Below, piece by piece: positions 1-12,968 of a DNA stretch of 64,000 bases; positions within the stretch are counted from its first letter, which is position 1, and each line of letters opens with the position of its first letter. The stretch is from Octopus vulgaris. Taxonomy: Eukaryota. The stretch lies in the NCBI GenBank assembly GCA_951406725.2, contig OX597817.1, positions 68,200,001 to 68,264,000 of the forward strand, in the 5' to 3' direction. A program made the translations under genes and the position numbers. The notes under the pieces are model-generated. The model was given only the letters and a program-made list of their open reading frames with translations. It did no database searches and was not told where the DNA came from.

Positions 1-88
1 TATATATATATATATGTAGGTCCCGGGTTGAGTCGGGGTTAACCACAGTAAATAAGGTACTCAATACATAGCAGAGTAAATTAATTTA

Positions 89-151
89 TTTTATAGAAGG
101 AGCTTCTACAGGACTAGAACAGTTCTAGTCCTGTAGAAGCTCCTTCTATAA

Positions 152-153
<2 letters not shown>
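89..153. repeat. Perfect 65-bp palindrome (32-bp arms, 1-nt spacer) in a short insert between (TA)n tracts
   Basis: TTTTATAGAAGGAGCTTCTACAGGACTAGAAC (89-120), A, then its exact reverse complement (122-153). Confidence 0.95.
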
Positions 154-155
<2 letters not shown>

Positions 156-193
<38 letters not shown>

Positions 194-194
194 C

Positions 195-255
<61 letters not shown>

Positions 256-375
256 CATGTGTATATATATATATACACATGTATATAAATAAATATATAT
301 ATATATATACATATATACATACATATATATATATATATATATATTTATATACATGTGTATATATATATATATATA
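156..375. repeat. (TA)n / (TACA) compound microsatellite
   Basis: Directly visible; source of the poly-YI ORF 195-383. Confidence 0.95.
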
Positions 376-655
376 GTCATTAGATTGCGGCCATGCTGGG
401 GTACTGCTTGAAGAATTTTTAGTCGAACGAATCGACCCTGGTACTTATTCTATCGGTATCTTTTGCCGAACCGCTAAGTTACGAGGACATAAACATACTG
501 ACACCAGTTGTCAAGTGGTGGTGGGTAACAAACACAGATACACACACAAACACATACACTCACAGACACACACTTGCACGACTGGTTTCTTTCAGTTTTC
601 GTCCACCATATCCACTGAAGGTTTTGGTCGGCCCTAGGCTATAGTAGAGTCACGC
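376..655 (-). mobile_element. SINE family A, head-truncated copy
   Basis: Shares GCGGCCATGCTGGGG...GCCGAACCGCTAAGTTACG...TTGGTCGGCCC..GGCTATAGTAGA blocks with copies at 9705-10145, 36700-37000 and 55331-55702. Confidence 0.85.
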
Positions 656-1339
656 TTACATCACGGTCGTTTGGACGATAATTTCAACAGGAACGGATAA
701 ACGAATGAAGCGCTTAATTCATTTATGACCGAAATATCTTTTTAGAAAGGTAAATAAAATCACCGAAATATGTTTTTAGAAAGGTAAAGAAAATCACCCT
801 CAGTGAGCAGTTTTGCTGCAGAAATATAAATAACTAGGGATACTTAAATATATTTTCGGAGCTATAGAATTAGATAGACGCGCAGAGATCTTGGAAGATA
901 GATTTTAATCACTGAGAATGAATGCCATACAACATACCTACTCATATGCAAATTCCAAAAACAGACCAAGAAACATACAATACGCCGAAGCTAAAACAGC
1001 CCCAGGGAATGGGAGATTTCCTAGGGAGTATAAATAAAAGGCTGTATAAAGAAATGCTTGTAGAAACAGCTACAAATAAGTGAAAAGTGAAGTATATAAC
1101 ATTACATGAAATCTCCCATTGGTTATGTTTAAATGACTGCTGGTGCTATAATATAACATTACGTAGTCGTTATCATCCATGTCTGTAGGCATGGTATTTT
1201 ATTAGTTCTTACGCTGCTGAAACAAATGTAAACCATGGAATATATGTAATGAGGTATCTTCTATTCATCACTCCTTATACTTCGCAACGGGAAACAAATC
1301 TCATATAACCGCCTGGATTACTTAATTTCTCCTCGGTTG

Positions 1340-1362
1340 CAACACACACACACTTGTATATG

Positions 1363-1444
<82 letters not shown>

Positions 1445-1808
1445 TATATGTATATAATTACACGCATAATTCCATATATATGATGCGCTTTATACATATA
1501 TAATGTATATGTGATGTATATATATAATGTACATATATATTGTATAGATGTGTGTATGCGTATACACACACACACACATATATATATATATATGAGTGTG
1601 TGTGTATACATATATATATATATGTATACATATGTGTGTATACTCACATACACTCAGACACACACACACATATATATTTATGTATATATATACATATATG
1701 TCTACTATCTGTCTGTCCCTCTGCTTGGCAGTCTCTCTCATGCATATGTATATACACAAATATGTATATATGCATGCATATTTACATATTTACATTTACG
1801 TACACACG

Positions 1809-1865
<57 letters not shown>

Positions 1866-1960
1866 ATGTGTGTATGTGTGTGTGTATATGTGTGTATATT
1901 TGTATGTCTGTATATGTGTATGTATATGTGTGTGAGTGTATATGAATGTATACGTGTACA
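1340..1960. repeat. Compound (TA)n/(CA)n/(TG)n microsatellite field
   Basis: Directly visible. Confidence 0.95.
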
Positions 1961-2379
1961 ACCTCCTAAACAACTCCTTCGAATTCAATAGGCTTTCTCA
2001 TTCATTGATAGACACGTCTTAGAAAAAAAGTGAAGTAACTGAATCTATTCGATTTTCATAGTAAAAATTATGATTCCTTGGCAAATTGATATAGACATGG
2101 AGGCTGAGTGATTTTATGGGAAATAAGTATGATTAACACGCATATCTATTTTCAGGATATTAGCGGTTATAATTCAAGAGAATCTATACAAAAATATTTG
2201 CATCCTTTCATGAGCAGATATAGAAACCTTTATGTGTACATTAGCTCGCTAGAAAACCAACTAAGTCTCCCTCAAACCATCCTCATTGCCTTAGCCAAAG
2301 TAACTCTGGGTAATTTTCCTCAAATCACACTGTATTGTCTTAGCCAAAGTGACGTTGGATTGCGTTATCTTTATTTTTT

Positions 2380-2692
2380 TATCTTTTACCACTTTAGTTG
2401 TATCGGTCGTTAGACTGTGGCCATTCTGGGGCACTGCCTCGAAGAAAATTTAGTCGAATGAATCGACCCCAGTATGCACTTTTATTCTTTAATCCTGTTA
2501 CTTATTTTATCGGTCTCGTTTGCCCAACCACAGATTCCTTCTGTTACCTTTTACCAAATCCACTCACCAGGTTTTAAGCGACCCAAGGCTATAGTTGAAG
2601 ACACATGCCCAAGGTGCCACACAGTGGGTATGAACCCTGAACCATGTGGTTGGGAAGCAAGCTTCTTAGCACACAGCCATGCCTGCGCCTAT
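2380..2692 (-). mobile_element. SINE family A, internally deleted, tRNA-like head retained
   Basis: Reverse complement starts GGCGCAGGCATGGCTGTGTGCTAAGAAG (A-box-like) and contains GGGTTCATACCC (B-box-like); tail matches other A copies. Confidence 0.85.
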
Positions 2693-3199
2693 CTAGAATT
2701 TAGAAACAGAGACCACAGTAGTCGCTCAGATCTACAAACGAGAAGCAGATGGCATGGTAATGGCTTTCATCATATGTCTGTGCTGCAAGGACGCATCTGG
2801 GAATAAATATCAACAGAAAAGCTACAGAGGGAGCCTCGTCGTCATCGTTTGTTTTGCAAGCAAAAACAACTTAATATTCCCTAAATTACACCCCACTGTC
2901 TTTAGAATAGGAAGTGATTACCCGTAAAAGGACAGAGTGATTTGCATTTAAAACTACAGTTGTCTGATCAAACAGAGCTATTAACAGGTCGAGAGATCCT
3001 ATCACAGATTCTATGAAGTACAAGGGTAATAAAGAGCCATGGAGTTTATTCCTTTCTTTTTAATTGATTAATGGTGTCAGTAAAGTAATGACATCGGGTA
3101 TGCGTAGTGTACGTGGTTTTCTGAGGAACATTAGGTGATGTGAGGCGTGATATAGTTATCATTATCATCTACCGATGAACATTATTGTTTCGAGTTCTG

Positions 3200-3420
3200 A
3201 GTCTCATAGAGAATGTTATCCGGTTTCCATGGCGTATAAGGGACCGAGATCACAATACCCTTCATGAACGAAGCGCCAATCATCTCAAGGTTACTCATTT
3301 ATAGATGAGTGGACTAAGGCAATGTGGAATGGAATGTTTTACTCAAGAACATAACGCACTGCCCGGTCTAGGAATCGAAACCACGATCATGAATGCGACA
3401 CTCTAACCACTAAGCCACGT
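3200..3420 (-). mobile_element. SINE family C (CORE-like), diverged
   Basis: Reverse complement has GTGGCTTAGTGGTTAG head and GGTTTCGATTCC B-box, then TGTTCTTGAGTAAAACA..AGTCCACTCATC as in 38850-39109. Confidence 0.75.
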
Positions 3421-3539
3421 TCGTTTACTGATATAATTACAATACCAGGAAACGAAACCGTGTCACAAGCAGATTTTACAAGAAGCTTACAATCAACTCC
3501 GAACACGCTACACTAAAACTTTTAAGTGCCAATGAGAGA

Positions 3540-3720
3540 ACCCCATATGTGGTCACTAAAACTGTTTGTAATACCAGCTAAATAGTCATCGAATCACACC
3601 ACACCGCATTTATATTACGGTTTGATATTCTGTTCGAGACAGAGTCTTAAAGAAAAGAGTAGATGGTCTTAGCTGGAATTCTTTTGATCATAGATCTGCT
3701 TAATCAGAGCTAAACGACGA
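3540..3720 (+). repeat. Abundant unclassified interspersed repeat (family D); related copies near 5820, 7730, 11480, 33040, 37510, 38040, 59350 and 59520
   Basis: Recurrent blocks GTGGTC..TAGAAATAGC.GC.AAAT and GCTGGAA..CTTTGATCATAG.TCTGCT..ATCAG.GCT, often ending in (CAA)n. Confidence 0.65.
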
Positions 3721-3989
3721 GAATTTTCATGCAATGTGGGTATGCTGTTTCCTTGGCTACGCTCAATTCTTCTGTCCTATACAATTAACTAACAATTCTG
3801 TCGACTCATCATCTAAATTAATTGCATTGATATATGAAGCATTTTCGCTGATCGAATGCGTGTGTGCTTGTGTGCATGCATGTACTAGTGTACAAACACT
3901 TTTTTCATATTAGAGACACACATATTTGAATATCTTCCTTTGATTCCTTTGATAAAGATCCACCCAATAGACTGTTTTCGTCATTGGTA

Positions 3990-4260
3990 ACGTCGGAGGC
4001 GGTAAATTAGCAAAACCGGTATAGTGTAATCAACAAAACACTTGGAATATTCATTTCTGCTCGTTAGCACGCCGGGGGCGAAATACATAACGGTATCTCG
4101 TCTGTCTTTACGTTCTGAGTTCAAATTCCACCGAGGTAGACTTTGCTTTTCATCCTTTCGGGGTCGATAAATTAAGTACCAGTTGCGTACTGGTGTCGAT
4201 CTATCGACTGGACCGCCTCCTCCAAAATTTCGGGTTTTGTTCCTAGAGTAGAAAAGATTT
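3990..4260 (+). mobile_element. SINE family B (tRNA head plus conserved central domain)
   Basis: GAGTTCAAATTCC B-box, then GACTTTGCTTTTCATCCTTTCGGGGTCGATAAATTAAGTACCAG; this central block resembles the Meta-SINE domain (from memory, unverified). Confidence 0.85.
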
Positions 4261-5050
4261 TTACTGGTCGAATGTGTCACTTTCACTGACTCATTATCTA
4301 AACGATCCATCTCATCAAACTCAATATATCTTATTATTCAAGCATACACAAAAATGTATCCATTTGTCATGCTGGTTACTTTCGTTTCAATTATGGTTTT
4401 TTATACTAATCACCACTAGCCTTTATGTCGTCGTTTCTCCATCGGACTCGCAGATGAGGATTCATTTGTTCAATCAACTGGTGAAATTGACGCGTAAGCG
4501 GCGAAGGATTTGGAAGGCATGTGTACCCATGAGGTAATTCTCAGGCTAAATCATGCAACAAATGGTTGTACTTCAGAATAGTAGGCACAATACAGGGAAG
4601 TAGAGAAGACGAAGAAGAGGAGTAGAGAACAGATTATATTAACTGTTTATTTACCGATTCCAAAACGATGAAAGGTAAAACTGACCTAGGTGAAATTTAA
4701 ACTCAGAGCGTAGATACACGAAAACGCTACAAGGCATTCCATACGATGTTCTAATGATGCAACCAGTTTCACCTCATCGGTGGCATTATATACACATGTT
4801 CAGTGTTTGAAAGACGTTTATCATGTTCCTCTAAACCGTTTAAACCCAGCAATATTCAGTGTCCAGACGTTCACATATTTATCATATTCTTTTATTCTGG
4901 TTTCGGCCTTTAAATTACGGTAAAGCTGGAGCAACGCCTTCATGGGTATTTGCCGAATATATCAGTTTCCGTTCTATTTGATTGATTTCTACTTATCGAT
5001 GAACTGAGTCACCCGTTTCGCATAAATCGGTTTACGTCGGTAGATACGAA

Positions 5051-5083
<33 letters not shown>

Positions 5084-5137
5084 ACGTAAATGTGTGTATG
5101 TAGATATGTATATACATATGTATATATATCTACATAT

Positions 5138-5257
5138 TGGCCTGCTCGCTTAGCCAGCGGGGTGGCGTAAATTGAAGGCTAAAACAATACGAAGCGCATT
5201 GTGACCAGCGATCTGTAGCAAAATCTGATAGCCTGGTCGATCACGGTGGTCACGGTG
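5138..5257 (+). mobile_element. 120-bp retroposed insert with 14-bp TSD
   Basis: ATATATCTACATAT at 5124-5137 and 5258-5271; 3' end is a short tandem TCACGGTG repeat. Strand inferred from the tail. Confidence 0.75.
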
Positions 5258-6157
5258 ATATATCTACATATATGTATGGATATATTTATTTATATACATA
5301 TATGTAAGTATTTATGTATGTATGTTTGTATACTCACAACACATGGATACATATATTCATACATATACGGTGAGCCACCATACTGATTTTTGTCTATCAA
5401 ATTTAACTCAAAAGCCATTGGGTAACCCGCGGCCTCAATAGAAGACAAAAGTCTAAAGCGCCGCATTTTCTGATCGAACTCGGTGTTACTCGCTACAAAA
5501 GGAAACATAAACTTTGATTGTGAACCAATAATAACGTAAAATTTAAATCACACCGAAGCATTCACCTTTGATATGAAAGTCGATAATCTCGAAACAGCAG
5601 TGGACGCGTTGGATTTGGAGTTTTCAGTCGATATCTGTAATTATTCGTTCATTTAAATACTGCGATGCATTTTATAGCAAAAAACTGTAATGCTGGAATC
5701 AAATGGCTTTCGTCATTGTCAGGCTTCGTTACTTTATAGTCTAAGATCATATCAGGTCATGCTCGATAAAACAAGCACTATTAATGTATCCGTGTGTTAA
5801 CAAGTCTCGATGAAGATGTTACTATGTGGTCGCTCGATCTAATAGAAATATCAGCTAAATCCTCCCCAAATCAATCGTGCAAGGCTAAAAAAAAAAATAA
5901 TAAAGACATTGTATAAGTCTGACAAAAAGAAGAAGAAAATAATAATGACTATAAACTCTGTGGCCTTAAATTTGCTTGAATTGTACTGACCCGAGATTAA
6001 ACAATAAAAATAACCGTTGCCAATTAGGTGAGATGTCAGTTCGCATGGTTTTGTTGCGCAATCAGAGTTTCCTGTTCTATCGCAGCATAACCAATATTTT
6101 GCAATGAGTTGAGTGCAACTGCGTAGAAGCACTCGCCTAATCACACATGTATGTATG

Positions 6158-6189
<32 letters not shown>

Positions 6190-6364
6190 ATCATTGTTTG
6201 CACCGTCTACAACGAGATCAGGAATGAATATTTGCATATTTATTCTACACGTTTGGCAGGTCCAGACGCAAAAACAGCTGAGTGCTGTACTGTATGTCTT
6301 AGGAGGATAACTTCTCCCTGTTTGACAACAGTCTGTTCAGCACACTCGTCTCATATGCGTGTGA

Positions 6365-6502
<138 letters not shown>

Positions 6503-6509
6503 ACGTGTG

Positions 6510-7299
6510 TGTGTCCTTATTCTTAGTGCAAGTACGATTTTAACAGTTATTTTTTCTAAGCTATAATGGAAGTGACAAACGAGCATATTCGAACTATTTT
6601 GCTTTATGAGTTTAATAAAGGCAACAATGTTACGGAAAGCGCGAGGAGTAGTAATACAGTATATGGAGATCGGACAATAAGCGTAAACTAGCATCAACGG
6701 TGGTTCCAGAAATTCCAAGCCGGAAACTACAGCCTAGAAAACGAGCCTCGTCCTGGAAGATCTGTAGAGTTCGACGAAGACGTCCTGCAAACCCTGGTGG
6801 AACAAGGTCCCATCTTAACTGTTGAAGAACTAGCAGAGAAGCTTGGATTTCGTTATTCAAACAGTCATTCAAGTCAGCGCAATAAGCAAAATGACCATCC
6901 TTGGTTTCAAGATGAAAGATGTTCTTCCATCAGGATAATGCTCGGCTACATACAGAAAGGATGACATTCCAAAGGTTGGAGAAGTTTGAACGGGAAACGA
7001 TGCCCCAATCACCATATTCACCGGGCATTGCCCCGTCTGATTATCATTTATTCTTCAAAATCATTTGAACGGAAAAAATATGAACTCGGTAGACGAGATC
7101 AGAACAGCATTGGAGGAGTATTTTTCGTCACGGACAAGTTAATTTTGGAAGAGGGGCCTTGCAAGTCTACCAGAGAGATGAAAGAGTATTGTAGAAGATG
7201 AAGGAGAGTATCTTTTAGATTTAAAAAAACTTTGTTTATCTTAATTTTGAAAAATAATAGAAGTATAAAAAACCGCATAATTTATGGGATGACCCAATA
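6510..7299 (+). mobile_element. Mariner (DD34D-type) transposon remnant, internally deleted
   Basis: From ATG 6566: [19 protein letters not shown]...[22 protein letters not shown]...LTVEELAEKLG (HTH region, one stop), then FHQDNARLH and PYSPGIAPSDYHLF motifs; right TIR ...TTTATGGGATGACCCAA followed by TA. Confidence 0.92.
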
Positions 7300-7433
7300 T
7301 ATATAGTCAATTCAAATAAACAAACAATTCAAATAAACAGATAAAAATCGAAAAAAAAAGAAAAAGAAAAAAACAACGAACGAGGGGACGTGCACAGTAA
7401 GTATATTAGCTTGACGCTCGGTGAAGAGAGAAA

Positions 7434-7467
7434 GTTTAACGTTTCGAGCATAGTTCTTCGTCGGAAA
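7434..7467 (-). ncRNA. Minimal hammerhead-ribozyme-like motif, degenerate
   Basis: Minus strand TTT CCGACGA A GAAC TAT GCTC GAAA CG TT AAA: CUGANGA core with U4>C, stem II with one mismatch, palindromic AACGUU stem III. Confidence 0.5.
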
Positions 7468-8139
7468 GGAGAAGGGGAAAAGTCCCAAGAAGTAGGAGAA
7501 GAAGAAATCACCAACGGATCACGTCTAGTAACACCCACCCACCCACACACATACCCCCACATACACCCCCCCCCCCACACGCACATGCAACTGTTACTAT
7601 TATTAAAAATGACATTTTCGGGGGCTATAAAATAAATACTAGCTGAGAACTGGAGTTTATGTAGTCGACTTACTTCCTTCCTTAAATCTTACTGGCCTAA
7701 TGCTAAAATTAAAAAGAATTATTTAAGAAAAAGACAAGGTGGTCAACGCTGGAACGTCTTTTATCGTAGATTTGCCAGATCAGAGCTGACCTTCAGCTAA
7801 ATAGCAATGACCTTATGTCGCATTATCCCACCAATCTTTCCCCAAACATGTGGTCTTATACCTAGCCCAAAAAATATATTAAATACGTAGATCATTTTTA
7901 GCTAAATTTCTATTCCATAAAATCTATAGAGACAGCAAAAATAAATAAAAGAAAATAATACAAACAACAAAAGGCAAAATGTATATGTTCTTCCTTTAGT
8001 ATAAAATATTTCTAGCAAGAAAAAGTAATTACATCCAATTTAGAATAGCATTACGTATGGCAGACGTAAAACCAGAAATGGAAGCAAATGGTTTGCTGTG
8101 GGCAAAGATGCTAATGCGACCACTAGTTGCATTTACGTA

Positions 8140-9200
8140 ATGGTCATGTGGATTGAAGATGATGATGGCAATGACGATGATGTTGATGTGATGGTGGTGG
8201 TGGTAATGGTGATAATGGTGATGGTGGTGATGGTGATAGTGGTGGAGCTGGCAGTAGTGGTGATAGTGACGATGACGATGATGGTGATGGCGGTGGTGGT
8301 TGAGGGGATGATGGTAAAGATAACGATGATGATGGTATGATGAATGTTGGTGGTGACTGACGGTGGTGATGGTGATGGTGGTGGTGGTGGTGGTGGTGGT
8401 GGTGGTGGAACTGGCAGTAATGGTGATAGTGAATATGATGATGACGATGATGGTGGTGGTAGCTGTTGTGGTGATGATGGCAAAGATGATAATGCTGATA
8501 TGATGAATGTTGGTGATGATTGACGGTGGTGATGGTAGTGGTGGTGGTGGTGGAGGGGTGTAGCGTGGCGGTAGTGGTGGTAGTGGTAACGATGATGAGG
8601 ATACCGGTAGTGCCGCTGATGGTGGCTGTAGTGTTGTTGCTGTTGTTGTTGATGATGATGATGATGATCGTAGTAGTCGAAGATGTTTGTTGTGATGGAG
8701 ATGGTGATCGTGCTGTTATTGCTGCTACTGTTGTTGTTGTTGTTGCTGCTGCTGCTGCTTATAATGATGATGATGGAGATGATGTTGATGGTAGTTTCGA
8801 TGGCGAATATGTTGATGATGTGAAGAAGGAAAGGGATGGCGACGATGATGATAATTGATAGTGGTGATGGTGGTGGTGAAATAATAATGATGATAGTGGG
8901 TGCTAATGGTAATTTGTGCTTAGCGCTAGTGGTGGTAGCGGTGATGGTGGTGGCGGAGGCGATATTGATGATATAGTTGGCAATGTTAACAAAAATGATG
9001 AAAGACTTATGGAAGTGATGAAGAAGATGATGATGATGATGATGATGATGATGGTTGTAATGATGGCGGAGGTAGTGGTGGTGCTAGTGCCATTGGCGAT
9101 GGCAGTGTTGTTAGTGCTGGTCTCGAGGTAGCTTTAACGGTAGGGCTAAATTCAATAGAGAGGATGACGGAGATGGTAGTGGCGTTGGTGCTATTGGAGT
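8140..9200. repeat. Cryptic (GAT/GGT/GTT)n trinucleotide low-complexity region
   Basis: Directly visible; gives poly-V/M/D/P pseudo-ORFs. Confidence 0.9.
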
Positions 9201-9391
9201 GTTGGTGTTGACAGAGTGGTTAATAGCGGAAGCTGAGTTCTTGCTGACAGTTTTGATGGCTATTATGCTCCTCGACACGCTAGAGGTGCTGGTCTATTCG
9301 GATATTGTCAATGGAATCACTTACGTATATAGTCCTTCCATACTTCGCGTCCAACTAAAAGCAGTACATGTTCCCCTCACCCTTCCCCTAT

Positions 9392-9425
9392 TCTCAGACA
9401 AAAAGGCAAGGCCCGAAACGTTAGA
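9392..9425 (+). ncRNA. Degenerate hammerhead-like motif
   Basis: TCT CAGACAA AAAGGCAAGGCCC GAAA CG TT AGA: TCT/AGA stem I, same GAAACGTTA as 7434-7467, two core substitutions. Confidence 0.4.
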
Positions 9426-9704
9426 CCCTACACCCTTTACAGCAATTGTAATTTATCGATCTAAAACTTAATATTTGACTGATATTTATCGATGCTGGTC
9501 TTCACCAGTTTAGAGTGCTCAGCTGCAATTTAAGAGATGCAGGGTTCGTTTCCCTGTGAGGCGGCTTGCTGGCCACTTTTTCCCCCTTGTTTTCTAAAAG
9601 GGTATGTAATTATCTAACCTGTCTTCATAGCTTTCCTACGTCCGTGGATTCTTCTGTTTATGTAGAATGACCACAGCCGCGAGGCTGAAACGAGTAAAAG
9701 AGGA

Positions 9705-9915
9705 TACTCTTTTACTATTTTACTCTTTTACTTGTTTCAGTCATTTGACTGTGGCCATGCTGGAGCACTGCCTATAGTCGAGGAAATCGACCCCAGGACT
9801 TATTCTTTGTAAATATGGTACTTATTCTATCGGTCTCTTTTGCCTAATCCCTAAGTTACGGGAACATAAACACACCAGCATCGGTTGTCAAACGATGTTG
9901 GGGGGACAAACACAG

Positions 9916-9990
<75 letters not shown>

Positions 9991-10145
9991 CATACACATA
10001 TACGACGGGATTCTTTCAGTTATCGTCTACCAAATCCACTCACAAGGCTTTGGTCGGCCCGTGGCTATAGTGGAAGACACTTGCTCAAGGTGCCACACAG
10101 TGGAACAGAACCCGGAACCATATGGTTCGTAAGCTACCACACACA
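9705..10145 (-). mobile_element. SINE family A, near full length with internal (CA)n
   Basis: (TACTCTTT)-type tail, conserved body, and tRNA-like head with GGGTTCTGTTCC on the reverse complement. Confidence 0.9.
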
Positions 10146-10147
10146 CA

Positions 10148-10240
<93 letters not shown>

Positions 10241-10528
10241 TAATATTTACAATACTTTGATTCGCCCTGTGTAACTTAAAATTTCGTAGGCTCCTCTAGC
10301 TCCTCTGGTGACCGAATATATATATATTCCTGGTTTTGAGTAAAAAGAAAGTACAGAAAGATCAGTTAATTATGAATTGATTCAGCACGTTTCCGTCTCA
10401 GATTGACACACTTATTCCAGTGGTTATCCAGGTTTTCTAAGCCCTGTAAAAGAACTCAGAATGTTGGGCCTGCAACCAGGCCTTTTGCGACACCCTTAAA
10501 GCCATGAACTTTTCTGCATCCACTCGTA

Positions 10529-10556
10529 CACACACGCACACACACACACACACACG

Positions 10557-10599
<43 letters not shown>

Positions 10600-10759
10600 A
10601 CACACACACACACACATACACACACACATTAACAATTAGTTGCGAGATATCCTTTCTCTCCCCATTTTGAAGAGAGGTTAAAGTTCGAAGAAACGTTGTA
10701 AGGCTAAGCACTTTATGGATGTGAAACCCAGCCGTAACTATCTTTATCTAATACACACA

Positions 10760-10838
<79 letters not shown>
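10529..10838. repeat. Two (CA)n microsatellites (10529-10627, 10753-10838)
   Basis: Directly visible. Confidence 0.95.
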
Positions 10839-10841
<3 letters not shown>

Positions 10842-12036
10842 AATATATATACCAATAAGCTGTTCACTGTGTCACTCTTGTTATTTGAGAGAATTTGGCT
10901 GCTATTTCTAACATGTCGTAGAGAGGCTTCTTTATTGAATATATCTGCAGGCAAAAATGGTTATAGTTTCAATCAAAACCTATTATACTATGGAACAATC
11001 TGATCAGTGGAAACAAAACAATTCGGTGTTATGTCATTTCAAATAGAATAAAAGATAACAGAATATTGCGTATGTATGTATGTGCGTGTTTATGTGTGTA
11101 TGCGCGAGTAAGTGTTGTGTGCGTTTGTGTATATGTGTATGCATGTGTGTGTGTGTGTGAGTAGAATTAACAGTGACCATTGTATTATTTTTAGTCTGTT
11201 TGATTTCGATTTTTCGTTTTTCATATTATTTTAGAAGTCTTCTATATACTTACTTCGACAGAGATTAGGAATAATAAATTTCTTGCACTAACTATGTTTT
11301 ATTGGCGTTTTGTTATCATATGGAACTTTATCTGTTTCAATGCATTACAAGTTTTAATGTCAGCAATTAAGAATTCTTTTTTTTTTATTTACTGCTATTA
11401 TTTATATGATTAGTTGTCGCTGGTAGACTTGATGCACTACCACTAACCGTAACAACAACACAATGATGTTTTTACGGTTATTGTTGTTGAACGTTATGCC
11501 AGTTCTAAGTGAGCAACCTTATGAGCAACCCTAACATCAAAGATATTCTGGCTGTGAGCATATCCTGTAATGTCTAGCATTGGGCATCCATAACTATATC
11601 ATACGATGTGCCCCTTTCCTTCTTAGTGATACTAAACATTATTTGAGGGTAATCTGGTAATTATTTCATGTAGGTCAACAGTTCAAGTATAGGGTTCTTT
11701 GAACCCTTCAGAAAACAACATCGCACGTCCTACGTTTGGTGGCCCAGTTTTGATGTAGCTAAAAATATTCGCACTCACAACATTGTTCTTCATGGTCCCT
11801 ATAGGCGAAGCTTGCCCATGTATGCGCATGTGTGGGCATGAGGTTTTGTGAAAGACGATCAACTGCGCATGTATTTAAGTCTTCTTACTCAATGCCATCG
11901 ATTTTGTACGAGGGAAAACTACCGACTTGGGCCGATACAGCTTATCTGCAGCACCGTCGCAAACATTGCTGTCAAAACACAAAGTGCCAGGTCAGACACC
12001 ACAAAACATCTCTAAGCTTCTAACACTCCTGCTTAC

Positions 12037-12139
12037 CCATTGCTCTCGATTGATACTTTTTCCTCTGAACCCCGGGTGGTGGGGGTTGTCCTCGACAAGA
12101 TTTGAACTCAGTGTAGATCTATCCAACACTGTAATGACC
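12037..12139 (-). other. Candidate exon (unverified)
   Basis: ttagcag| acceptor after a (CT)n tract, TGG|gtaagc donor; single open frame VITVLDRSTLSSNLVEDNPHHPGFRGKSINREQW. Confidence 0.3.
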
Positions 12140-12173
12140 CTGCTAATTCATCAATTTGATGAAAGAGTAAAAC

Positions 12174-12213
<40 letters not shown>

Positions 12214-12215
12214 GG

Positions 12216-12246
<31 letters not shown>

Positions 12247-12301
12247 TTCAAAGAGAAAGCCAGCAGTTATCTGCAAACAAGAATGGGTTGGTAATACGTA
12301 C

Positions 12302-12394
12302 CATCTTTTCGCTAATGGTTTTAGATGCCTGTGTAGTCTCAAGTAGTTATAAACACCCTCTCGCGTCTCCCAACCTTTGGCCCATCGACACATC
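12302..12394 (-). other. Candidate exon (unverified)
   Basis: tctctctctttgtccag| acceptor, ATG|gtacgt donor; single open frame MCRWAKGWETREGVYNYLRLHRHLKPLAKR joins 12139 in frame. Confidence 0.3.
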
Positions 12395-12904
12395 CTGGAC
12401 AAAGAGAGAGACCTGCCTAAGCATTTAGCTAGAACTCATTTTCAGCAGAGTAGAAAGGAGCAACATGAAATGAAATTCTTTGCCGAAGGAAACAACGCAC
12501 CGCTTGGACTATGACATTTTGTGAACAAGAGAGTCGTTCAATACAGCTACCTAATGAATTGGTCAATTGCATTTCTAACGGCGAAAGTAGAATGGAAAGG
12601 GTGCGTCTGTGTAACTCGGAGAAGAACAATTTGAAGAAGCCTGAATTTTCATTTTTTTTTCCCGCTGATATACATCGACGAAAGAAGAATACACGCACAC
12701 ACACGTGAGGACATACACGCACGTACACACACATACTAAATACCTATACACATATAAATACGAACAGCTAATTGGCAAAGTCGTTAGAGCATTGTGGTCC
12801 TAGACCAAGTTTCATTTTCGGAGTCGATCAGGTTTGTCCGCGAGTCAATTCTTTATTTTACTCTTCTGAAAAAAAAATCGCTAGTATCCAGAGTTAGAGA
12901 GATT

Positions 12905-12968
<64 letters not shown>

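Noticed and set aside
8133-9131. Low-complexity structural protein gene (e.g. reflectin- or mucin-like)
   Set aside because: Stops interrupt the frames, there is no repeated conserved motif, and the pattern fits decayed trinucleotide repeats.
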